Below are positions 20,569 through 31,900 of a DNA stretch of 64,000 nt, piece after piece. The notes beneath the pieces were generated by a model. The model was not told the DNA's origin. It saw only the letters and a program-made list of their open reading frames with translations, and ran no database searches. Each line of letters begins with the position of its first letter. The stretch's first letter is position 1. The stretch is from Eledone cirrhosa (lineage: Eukaryota). Where the stretch lies: assembly GCA_964016885.1 (NCBI GenBank), contig OZ024743.1:98580001-98644000 (forward strand), in the 5' to 3' direction. Made by a program: the position numbers and the translations under genes.

Positions 20569-21106
20569 CAGAGGTTCTCAAACTTTTGTGGCCATTGCCC
20601 CCCTCCACGACCACTGCCCCCCCCCCCCCCATCCACGACCAACCCCTCTCCATAACCCCTCCACTGCCATGTAATACCCTCACCCCAACCCTATTTCCAG
20701 AGAGACCTACCTACACACAAATTGTAAATAATATATAATAAATAAAATCGTTAATTTATATATAATAAATAATATAATATATACTATGTATAAATAAATA
20801 TTATATATTTTTTATTTTTCTATCATCATCATCATCATCATTGTTTAACGTCCATCTTCCATGCTAGCATGGGTTGGACGGGTTTGTCCCATTAGTCGGG
20901 TGACTGTGTCTTGCTCGTATAGAACTGTTTCTGGTAGATTTTCTATGGTTGGATGCCCTTCCTAACGTCAACCACATTTGATATTTAATATACTATTTTA
21001 TCATCTTACCACCCCCACTGCCCCCTTATGCCCCAGTGCCTCCTGGACCGTCTCAATGCCCCCCCCCCCCCCCCCCGGGCAGTAACACCTACTTTGAGGA
21101 CCTCTG
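20569..21106. mobile_element. hAT (Charlie-like) non-autonomous element containing a nested RTE-tail fragment (20822-20980)
   Basis: TIRs CAGAGGTTCTCAAAC / CTTTGAGGACCTCTG. The left flank ATATAGAC fits the NTNTAGAN target preference; the right TSD is degenerate. Confidence 0.6.
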
Positions 21107-21338
21107 GTGAAGAAGATTGTTATGAATTCATGGGGCCTTTTAGTAGCACTGCCAGATCAAAGATGTTTGGATGTTCATGAACACTTTGAAAAAGAAAATC
21201 CCTTAACCCATTTATTACCATATTTCTAATGAAAATAACTTTGGAAATAATCTAGAATCTGAAGGGCTTTAGCAATAAAATTAACTTTCTCATGATTAAA
21301 ATAGTGTTTGAAGCATAACTTAAATATTCTTACATGGA

Positions 21339-21730
21339 ATAATGGTTTCTGATTTAGGCACAAGGCCAGCAATTTGGGGGCAGTGGAAAGTCGATTAATC
21401 GACCCCAGTGCATTACTGGTACTTTATTTTATCGACCCCGTAAGGATGAAAGGCAAAGCTAACCTCAGTGGCATTTGAACTCAGAGTGTAAAGGGACATA
21501 ACTAAATACCACAAAGCATTTTGTCCAACGCTCTATCAATTCTGCCAATAATAATTGTTTCTACTTTTGGCACAAGGCTAGCAATTATCCCAGTACATTA
21601 CTGGTACTTTATTTTATCGACTCCGTAAGAATGAAAGGCAAAGTGAACTTCGGTGGGATTTGAACTCAGACTATAAAGGGGCGTAACTTTATGCTGCAAA
21701 GCATGGCATCCGACCCTCTACTGATACTGT
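21339..21730 (-). mobile_element. Two tandem MetaSINE-like SINEs (~21339-21548 and ~21551-21730)
   Basis: Each is the reverse complement of the 2288/8001 family, with A box, B box and core. Confidence 0.85.
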
Positions 21731-21937
21731 TGGAAGGTTTTTAGATAAATATAAGTACTTGAAAATCAACCTCTATGTATCATAAATCCAGGTGTGGTTT
21801 TAGGCTGCTTCGTATTAAAAGAATTAAAAAAGAATTCCTGAAATATTAACAATTCTTCATCTGCTTTGCTCATCTGGCATTATAGAGAAATTATGGATTT
21901 CTGAAATACTTCTATGATCAGCATTATCACAATTTTC

Positions 21938-22262
21938 ATTTGCTGTATTAACAATATTTTACCTGCGCTGTACTTTACATTTGCTGTATTAACAATGTTT
22001 TACCTGCGCTGTACTTTACATTTGCTGTATTAACAATGTTTTACCTGCGCTGTACTTTACATTTGCTGTATTAACAATGTTTTACCTGCGCTGTACTTTA
22101 CATTTGCTGTATTAACAATGTTTTACCTGCGCTGTACTTTACATTTGCTGTATTAACAATGTTTTACCTGCGCTGTACTTTACATTTGCTGTATTAACAA
22201 TGTTTTACCTGCGCTGTACTTTACATTTGCTGTATTAACAATGTTTTACCTGCGCTGTACTT
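21938..22262 (+). repeat. 41-bp minisatellite, ~8 nearly identical copies (CATTTGCTGTATTAACAATGTTTTACCTGCGCTGTACTTTA)
   Basis: ACCTGCGCTG recurs at 21961, 22002 and onward; only the first copy has a G>A variant. Confidence 0.95.
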
Positions 22263-22360
22263 CTGGAATCGTTTTCAATTCTAAACATCTACATTCTGAA
22301 TACATTTACTTAATGGATGTTCCAGATTCAAGCACAAAATCTTTTCCATTCATTCTTTTT

Positions 22361-22885
22361 AGTAGTAGTAGTAGTGGTGGTGGTGGTGGTGGTAGCAACA
22401 ATAGTAATAGTAGTAGTAGTGGTGGTGGTGGTGGTGGTGGTAGCAACAGTAGTAGTAGTAGTAGCAGCAACAGTAGTAGTAGTAGTGGTAGTAGTAGTAG
22501 CAGTGGTGGTAGTAACAGCAGCAACAGTAGTAGTAGTAGTAGTAGCAACAGCAACAGTAGTAGTGGTAGTAGCAACAGTAGTAGTAGTAGTAGTAGTAGC
22601 AACAGCAACAGTAGTAGTGGTAGTAGCAACAGCAACAGTAGTAGTGGTAGTAGTAGTAGCAACAGTAGTAGTAGTAGTAGAAGCAGCAACAGTAGTAGTG
22701 GTAGTAGTAGCAACAGTAGTAGTGGTAGTAGTAGCAACAGTAGTAGTAGTAGCAGAAGCAACAGTAGTAGTGGTAGTAGTAGTTGCAACAGTAGTAGTAG
22801 TAGTAGTAGCAGCAGCAACAGTAGTAGTAATAGTATCAGCCACAGCAACGATGGCAGTAGTAGTAGCAGCAGCAGCAGTAGTAGT
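22361..22885 (+). repeat. Compound (AGT/AGC/AAC/GGT)n trinucleotide tract
   Basis: Direct reading; gives rise to the poly-Ser, poly-Val, poly-Leu and poly-Thr ORFs. Confidence 0.92.
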
Positions 22886-22989
22886 TGTTGTTAATGGTGA
22901 CCTTTTGTTTCAAAGGTTCCCTGATAATTAGTAGTAATTTACAAGTTCAAACAGTTTAGCTTAGTAATGTCTTGTATTTCTAGAACTTT

Positions 22990-25900
22990 CTTGAGCTGAG
23001 AGTGTTCCAGGGAGTAACATCATACAGTGTCTTGGGCTGAGAGTGTTCCAAGGGGTAACATCATACAGTGTCTTGGGCTGAGAGTGTTCCAAGGAGTAAC
23101 ATCATACAGTGTCTTGGGCTGAGAGTGTTCCAGGGAGTAACATCATACAGTGTCTTGGGCTGAGAGTGTTCCAGGGAGTAACATCATGCAGTGTCTTGAT
23201 GTGAGAGTGTTCTAAGTAGTAACATCATACAGTGTCTTGAGCTGAGAGTGTTCCAGGGAGTAACATCATACAGTGTCTTGGGCTGAGAGTGTTCCAAGGA
23301 GTAACATCATACAGTGTCTTGAGCTGAGAGTGTTCCAGGGAGTAACATCATACAGTGTCTTGAGCTGAGAGTGTTCCAGGGAGTAACATCATACAGTGTC
23401 TTGGGCTGAGAGTGTTCCAAGGAGTAACATCATACAGTGTCTTGAGGTCAGAGTGTTCCAGGGAGTAACATCATACAGTGTCTTGAGCTGAGAGTGTTCC
23501 AAGGAGTGTTACTCCCTGGAATGTTTTGAGCTGAGAGTGTTCCAGGGAGTAACATCATACAGTGTCTTGAGCTGAGAGTGTTCCAGGGAGTAACATCATA
23601 CTGTGTCTTGAGGTGAAAGTGTTCCAGGGAGTAACATCATACAGTGTCTTGGGCTGAGAGTGTGCCAAGTAGTAACATCATACAGTGTCTTGAGCTGAGA
23701 GTGTTCCAAGGAGTAACATCATACTGTGTCTTGAGCTGAGAGTGTTCCAGGGAGTAACATCATACAGTGTCTTGAGGTGAGAGTGTTTCAAGGAGTAACA
23801 TACAGTGTCTTGAGCTGAGAGTGTTCCAGGGAGTAACATCATACAGTGTCTTGGGCTGAGAGTGTTCCAGGGAGTAACATCATACAGTGTCTTGAGGTGA
23901 GAGTGTTTCAAGGAGTAACATACAGTGTCTTGAGCTGAGAGTGTTCCAGGGAGTAACATCATACAGTGTCTTGAGCTGAGAGTGTTCCAGGGAGTAACAT
24001 CATACAGTGTCTTGAGGTGAGAGTGTTCCAGGGAGTAACATCATACAGTGTCTTGAGCTGAGAGTGTTCCAGGGAGTAACATCATACAGTGTCTTGAGGT
24101 GAGAGTGTTCTAGGGAGTAACATCATACTGTGTCTTGGGCTGAGAGTGTTCCAGGGAGTAACATCATACAGTGTCTTGAGGTGAGAGTGTTTCAAGGAGG
24201 AACATACAGTGTCTTGAGCTGAGAGTGTTCCAGGGAGTAACATCATACAGTGTCTTGAGCTGAGAGTGTTCCAGGGAGTAACATCATACAGTGTCTTGAG
24301 CTGAGAGTGTTCCAAGTAGTAACATCATACAATGTCTTGAGCTGAGAGTGTTCCAGGGAGTAACATCATACAGTGTTTGAGGTGAGAGTGTTCCAAGGAG
24401 TAACATCATACAGTGTCTTGGGCTGAGAGTGTTCCAAGGAGTAACATCATACAATGTCTTGAGCTGAGAGTGTTCCAGGGAGTAACATCATACAGTATCT
24501 TGGGCTGAGAGTGTTCCAGGGAGTAACATCATGCAGTGTCTTGAGCTGAGAGTGTTCCAGGGAGTAACATCATACAGTGCCTTGAGCTGAGAGTGTTCCA
24601 GGGAGTAACATCATACAGTGTCTTGATGTGAGAGTGTTCCAAGTAGTAACATCATACAGTGTCTTGAGGTGAGTGTTCTAGGGAGTAACATCATGCAGTG
24701 TCTTGGGCTGAGAGTGTTCCAAGTAGTAACATCATGCAGTGTCTTGTGCTGAGAGTGTTCCAGGGAGTAACATCATGCAGTGTCTTGGGCTGAGAGTGTT
24801 CCAAGGAGTAACATCATACAGTGTCTTGAGGTGAGAGTGTTCCAAGGAGTAACATCATACAGTGTCTTGGGCTGAGAGTGTTCCAGGGAGTAACATCATA
24901 CAGTGTCTTGGGCTGAGAGTGTTCCAGGGAGTAACATCATACAGTGTCTTGAGCTGAGAGTGTTCCAGGAAGTAACATCATACAGTGTCTTGAGCTGAGA
25001 GTGTTCCAAGGAGTAACATCATACAGTGTCTTGAGCTGAGAGTGTTGCAAGGAGTAACATACAGTGTCTTGAGCTGAGAGTGTTCCGGGGAGTAACACCA
25101 TACAGTGGCTTGAGCTGAGAGTGTTCCAGGGAGTAATATCATACTGTGTCTTGAGCTGAGAGTGTTCCAAGGAGTAACATCATACAGTGTCTTGAGGTGA
25201 GAGTGTTCCAAGGAGTAACATCATACAGTGTCTTGAGCTGAGAGTGTTCCAAGGAGTAACATCATACAGTGTCTTAAGGTGAGAGTGTTCCAGGGAGTAA
25301 CCTCATACAGTGTCTTGAGGTGAGAGTGTTCCAAGGAGTAACATCATACAGTGTCTTGGGCTGAGAGTGTTCCAGGGAGTAACATCATACAGTGTCTTGG
25401 GCTGAGAGTGTTCCAGGGAGTAACATCATACAGTGTCTTGAGCTGAGAGTGTTCCAGGAAGTAACATCATACAGTGTCTTGAGCTGAGAGTGTTCCAAGG
25501 AGTAACATCATACAGTGTCTTGAGCTGAGAGTGTTCCAGGGAGTAACATCATACTGTGTCTTGAGGTGAAAGTGTTCCAGGGAGTAACATATAACAGTCT
25601 CTTGGGCTGAAAGTGTGCCAAGTAGTAACATCATACAGTGTCTTGAGCTGAGAGTGTTCCAAGGAGTAACATCATACTGTGTCTTGAGCTGAGAGTGTTC
25701 CAGGGAGTAACATCATACAGTGTCTTGAGGTGAGAGTGTTCCAAGGAGTAACATCATACAGTGTCTTGGGCTGAGAGTGTTCCAGGGAGTAACATCATAC
25801 AGTGTCTTGAGGTGAGAGTGTTTCAAGGAGTAACATACAGTGTCTTGAGCTGAGAGTGTTCCACGGAGTAACATCATACAGTGTCTTGGGCTGAGAGTGT

Positions 25901-28900
25901 TCCAGGGAGTAACATCATACAGTGTCTTGAGGTGAGAGTGTTTCAAGGAGTAACATACAGTGTCTTGAGCTGAGAGTGTTCCAGGGAGTAACATCATACA
26001 GTGTCTTGAGCTGAGAGTGTTCCAGGGAGTAACATCATACAGTGTCTTGAGGTGAGAGTGTTCCAGGGAGTAACATCATACAGTGTCTTGAGCTGAGAGT
26101 GTTCCAGGGAGTAACATCATACAGTGTCTTGAGGTGAGAGTGTTCCAGGGAGTAACATCATACTGTGTCTTGAGGTGAGAGTGTTTCAAGGAGTAACATA
26201 CAGTGTCTTGAGCTGAGAGTGTTCCAGGGAGTAACATCATACAGTGTCTTGGGCTGAGAGTGTTCCAGGGAGTAACATCATACAGTGTCTTGAGGTGAGA
26301 GTGTTTCAAGGAGTAACATACAGTGTCTTGAGCTGAGAGTGTTCCAGGGAGTAACATCATACAGTGTCTTGGGCTGAGAGTGTTCCAGGGAGTAACATCA
26401 TACAGTGTCTTGAGGTGAGAGTGTTTCAAGGAGTAACATCATACTGTGTCTTGAGCTGAGAGTGTTCCAAGGAGTAACATCATACAGTGTCTTGAGGTGA
26501 GAGTGTTCCAGGGAGTAACATCATACAGTGTCTTGAGCTGAGAGTGTTCCAAGTAGTAACATCATACAATGTCTTGAGCTGAGAGTGTTCCAAGGAGTAA
26601 CATCATACAGTGTCTTGAGGTGAGAGTGTTCCAGGGAGTAACATCATACAGTGTCTTGGGCTGAGAGTGTTCCAAGGAGTAACATCATACAATGTCTTGA
26701 GGTGAGAGTGTTCCAAGGAGTAACATCATACAGTGTCTTGGGCTGAGAGTGTTCCAGGGAGTAACATCATGCAGTGTCTTGAGCTGAGAGTGTTCCAGGG
26801 AGTAACATCATACAGTGTCTTGATGTGAGAGTGTTCCAAGTAGTAACAGCATACAGTGCCTTGAGCTGAGAGTGTTCCAAGGAGTAACATCATAGTGTCT
26901 TGATGTGAGAGTGTTCCAAGTAGTAACATCATACAGTGTCTTGAGGTGAGTGTTCCAGGGAGTAACATCATGCAGTGTCTTGGGCTGAGAGTGTTCCAGG
27001 GAGTAACATCATACTGTGTCTTGAGCTGAGAGTGTTCCAGGGAGTAACATCATACAGTGTCTTGAGGTGAGAGTGTTCCAAGGAGTAACATCATACAGTG
27101 TCTTGGGCTGAGAGTGTTCCAGGGAGTAACATCATACAGTGTCTTGAGGTGAGAGTGTTTCAAGGAGTAACATACAGTGTCTTGAGCTGAGAGTGTTCCA
27201 CGGAGTAACATCATACAGTGTCTTGGGCTGAGAGTGTTCCAGGGAGTAACATCATACAGTGTCTTGAGGTGAGAGTGTTTCAAGGAGTAACATACAGTGT
27301 CTTGAGCTGAGAGTGTTCCAGGGAGTAACATCATACAGTGTCTTGGGCTGAGAGTGTTCCAGGGAGTAACATCATACAGTGTCTTGAGGTGAGAGTGTTT
27401 CAAGGAGTAACATACAGTGTCTTGAGCTGAGAGTGTTCCACGGAGTAACATCATACAGTGTCTTGGGCTGAGAGTGTTCCAGGGAGTAACATCATACAGT
27501 GTCTTGAGGTGAGAGTGTTTCAAGGAGTAACATACAGTGTCTTGAGCTGAGAGTGTTCCACGGAGTAACATCATACAGTGTCTTGGGCTGAGAGTGTTCC
27601 AGGGAGTAACATCATACAGTGTCTTGAGGTGAGAGTGTTTCAAGGAGTAACATACAGTGTCTTGAGCTGAGAGTGTTCCAGGGAGTAACATCATACAGTG
27701 TCTTGGGCTGAGAGTGTTCCAGGGAGTAACATCATACAGTGTCTTGAGGTGAGAGTGTTTCAAGGTGTAACATACAGTGTCTTGAGCTGAGAGTGTTCCA
27801 GGGAGTAACATCATACAGTGTCTTGGGCTGAGAGTGTTCCAGGGAGTAACATCATACAGTGTCTTGAGGTGAGAGTGTTTCAAGGAGTAACATCATACTG
27901 TGTCTTGAGCTGAGAGTGTTCCAAGGAGTAACATCATACAGTGTCTTGAGGTGAGAGTGTTCCAGGGAGTAACATCATACAGTGTCTTGAGCTGAGAGTG
28001 TTCCAAGTAGTAACATCATACAATGTCTTGAGCTGAGAGTGTTCCAGAGAGTAACATCATACAGTGTCTTGGGCTGAGAGTGTTCCAAGGAGTAACATCA
28101 TACAATGTCTTGAGGTGAGAGTGTTCCAAGGAGTAACATCATACAGTGTCTTGGGCTGAGAGTGTTCCAGGGAGTAACATCATGCAGTGTCTTGAGCTGA
28201 GAGTGTTCCAGGGAGTAACATCATACAGTGTCTTGATGTGAGAGTGTTCCAAGTAGTAACAGCATACAGTGCCTTGAGCTGAGATTGTTCCAAGGAGTAA
28301 CATCATACAGTGTCTTGATGTGAGAGTGTTCCAAGTAGTAACATCATACAGTGTCTTGAGGTGAGTGTTCCAGGGAGTAACATCAAGCAGTGTCTTGGGC
28401 TGAGAGTGTTCCAAGTAGTAACATCATGCAGTCTCTTGGGCTGAGAGTGTTCCAGGGAGTTACATCATGCAGTGTCTTGGGCTGAGAGTGTTCCAAGTAG
28501 TAATATTATACAGTCTCTTGAGTTGAGAGTGTTCTAGGGAGTAACATCTTACAGTGTCTTGAGCTGAGAGTGTTCCATGGAGTAACATCATACAATGTTT
28601 TGAGCTGAGAGTGTTCCAAGGAGTAACATCATACAGTGTCTTGAGGTCAGAGTGTTCCAGGGAGTAACATCATACAGTGTCTTGAGCTGAGAGTGTTCCA
28701 GGGAGTAACATCATACAGTGTCTTGAGGTCAGAGTGTTCCAGGGAGTAACATCATACAGTGTCTTGAGCTGAGAGTGTTCCAAGGAGTGTTACTCCCTGG
28801 AATGTTTTGAGCTGAGAGTGTTCCAAGGAGTAACATCATACAGTGTCTTGAGCTGAGAGTGTTCCAGGGAGTAACATCATACAGTGTCTTGAGCTGAGAG

Positions 28901-31900
28901 TGTTCCAGGGAGTAACATCAAACTATGTATTGAGCTGAGAGTGTTCCATGGAGTAACATCATACAATGTTTTGAGCTGAGAGTGTTCCAAGGAGTAACAT
29001 CATACAGTGTCTTGAGGTCAGAGTGTTCCAAGGAGTAACATCATACAGTGTCTTGAGCTGAGAGTGTTCCAGGGAGTAACATCAAACTGTGTCTTGAGGT
29101 GAAAGTGTTCCAGGGAGTAACATCATACAGTGTCTTGGGCTGAGAGTGTGCCAAGTAGTAACATCATACAGTGTCTTGAGCTGAGAGTGTTCCAAGGAGT
29201 AACATCATACTGTGTCTTGAGCTGAGAGTGTTCCAGGGAGTAACATCATACAGTGTCTTGAGGTGAGAGTGTTCCAGGGAGTAACATCATACAGTGTCTT
29301 GGGCTGAGAGTGTGCCAAGTAGTAACATCATACAGTGTCTTGAGCTGAGAGTGTTCCAAGGAGTAACATCATACTGTGTCTTGAGCTGAGAGTGTTCCAG
29401 GGAGTAACATCATACAGTGTCTTGAGGTGAGAGTGTTCCAAGGGGTAACATCATACAGTGTCTTGGGCTGAGAGTGTTCCAGGGAGTAACATCATACAGT
29501 GTCTTGAGGTGAGAGTATTTCAAGGAGTAACATACAGTGTCTTGAGCTGAGAGTGTTCCAGGGAGTAACATCATACAGTGTCTTGGGCTGAGAGTGTTCC
29601 AGGGAGTAACATCATACAGTGTCTTGAGGTGAGAGTGTTTCAAGGAGTAACATACAGTGTCTTGAGCTGAGAGTGTTCCAGGGAGTAACATCATACAGTG
29701 TCTTGAGCTGAGAGTGTTCCAGGGAGTAACATCATACAGTGTCTTGAGGTGAGAGTGTTCCAGGGAGTAACATCATACAGTGTCTTGAGCTGAGAGTGTT
29801 CCAGGGAGTAACATCATACAGTGTCTTGAGGTGAGAGTGTTCCAGGGAGTAACATCATACTGTGTCTTGGGCTGAGAGTGTTCCAGGGAGTAACATCATA
29901 CATTGTCTTGAGGTGAGAGTGTTTCAAGGAGTAACATACAGTGTCTTGAGCTGAGAGTGTTCCAGGGAGTAACATCATACAGTGTCTTGAGCTGAGAGTG
30001 TTCCAAGGAGTAACATCATACAGTGTCTTGGGCTGAGAGTGTTCCAAGGAGTAACATCATACAATGTCTTGAGCTGAGAGTGTTCCAGGGAGTAACATCA
30101 TACAGTGCCTTGAGCTGAGAGTGTTCCAGGGAGTAACATCATACAGTGTCTTGATGTGAGAGTGTTCCAAGTAGTAACATCATACAGTGTCTTGAGGTGA
30201 GAGTGTTCCAGGGAGTAACATCATACAGTGTCTTGGGCTGAGAGTGTTCCAAGGAGTAACATCATACAATGTCTTGAGCTGAGAGTGTTCCAGGGTGTAA
30301 CATCATACAGTGTCTTGGGCTGAGAGTGTTCCAGGGATTAACATCATGCAGTGTCTTGAGCTGAGAGTGTTCCAGGGAGTAACATCATACAGTGCCTTGA
30401 GCTGAGAGTGTTCCAGGGAGTAACATCATACAGTGTCTTGATGTGAGAGTGTTCCAAGTAGTAACATCATACAGTGTCTTGAGGTGAGAGTGTTCCAGGG
30501 AGTAACATCATACAGTGTCTTGGGCTGAGAGTGTGCCAAGTAGTAACATCATACAGTGTCTTGAGCTGAGAGTGTTCCAAGGAGTAACATCATACTGTGT
30601 CTTGAGCTGAGAGTGTTCCAGGGAGTAACATCATACAGTGTCTTGAGGTGAGAGTGTTCCAAGGGGTAACATCATACAGTGTCTTGGGCTGAGAGTGTTC
30701 CAGGGAGTAACATCATACAGTGTCTTGGGCTGAGAGTGTGCCAAGTAGTAACATCATACAGTGTCTTGAGGTGAGAGTGTTTCAAGGATTAACATACAGT
30801 GTCTTGAGCTGAGAGTGTTCCAGGGAGTAACATCATACAGTGTCTTGGGCTGAGAGTGTTCCAGGGAGTAACATCATACAGTGTCTTGAGGTGAGAGTGT
30901 TTCAAGGAGTAACATACAGTGTCTTGAGCTGAGAGTGTTCCAGGGAGTAACATCATACAGTGTCTTGAGCTGAGAGTGTTCCAGGGAGTAACATCATACA
31001 GTGTCTTGAGCTGAGAGTGTTCCAGGGAGTAACATCATACAGTGTCTTGAGCTGAGAGTGTTCCAGGGAGTAACATCAAACTATGTCTTGAGCTGAGAGT
31101 GTTCCATGGAGTAACATCATACAATGTTTTGAGCTGAGAGTGTTCCAAGGAGTAACATCATACAGTGTCTTGAGGTCAGAGTGTTCCAAGGAGTAACATC
31201 ATACAGTGTCTTGAGCTGAGAGTGTTCCAGGGAGTAACATCATACAGTGTCTTGAGGTGAGAGTGTTCCAGGGAGTAACATCATACAGTGTCTTGGGCTG
31301 AGAGTGTGCCAAGTAGTAACATCATACAGTGTCTTGAGCTGAGAGTGTTCCAAGGAGTAACATCATACTGTGTCTTGAGCTGAGATTGTTCCAGGGAGTA
31401 ACATCATACAGTGTCTTGAGGTGAGAGTGTTCCAAGGGGTAACATCATACAGTGTCTTGGGCTGAGAGTGTTCCAGGGAGTAACATCATACAGTGTCTTG
31501 AGGTGAGAGTGTTTCAAGGAGTAACATACAGTGTCTTGAGGTGAGAGTGTTTCAAGGAGTAACATACAGTGTCTTGAGCTGAGAGTGTTCCAGGGAGTAA
31601 CATCATACAGTGTCTTGAGGTGAGAGTGTTCCAGGGAGTAACATCATACAGTGTCTTGAGGTGAGAGTGTTCCAGGGAGTAACATCATACAGTGTCTTGA
31701 GCTGAGAGTGTTCCAGGGAGTAACATCATACAGTGTCTTGAGGTGAGAGTGTTCCAGGGAGTAACATCATACTGTGTCTTGGGCTGAGAGTGTTCCAGGG
31801 AGTAACATCATACAGTGTCTTGAGGTGAGAGTGTTTCAAGGAGTAACATATAGTGTCTTGAGCTGAGAGTGTTCCAGGGAGTAACATCATACAGTGTCTT

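Noticed and set aside
22241-22931. Poly-Ser/Val/Leu/Thr ORFs (mucin-like)
   Set aside because: They arise from a trinucleotide microsatellite that is open in several frames on both strands, with no supporting gene structure.
22990-23071. Satellite monomer as an iron-responsive element, hammerhead or C/D snoRNA
   Set aside because: The CAGUGU loop lacks the 5-bp upper stem (UCAUA/CUUGA has two mismatches next to the loop). CUGAGAG does not fit CUGANGA and the consensus has no GAAA. The C-like and D-like boxes are on opposite strands.
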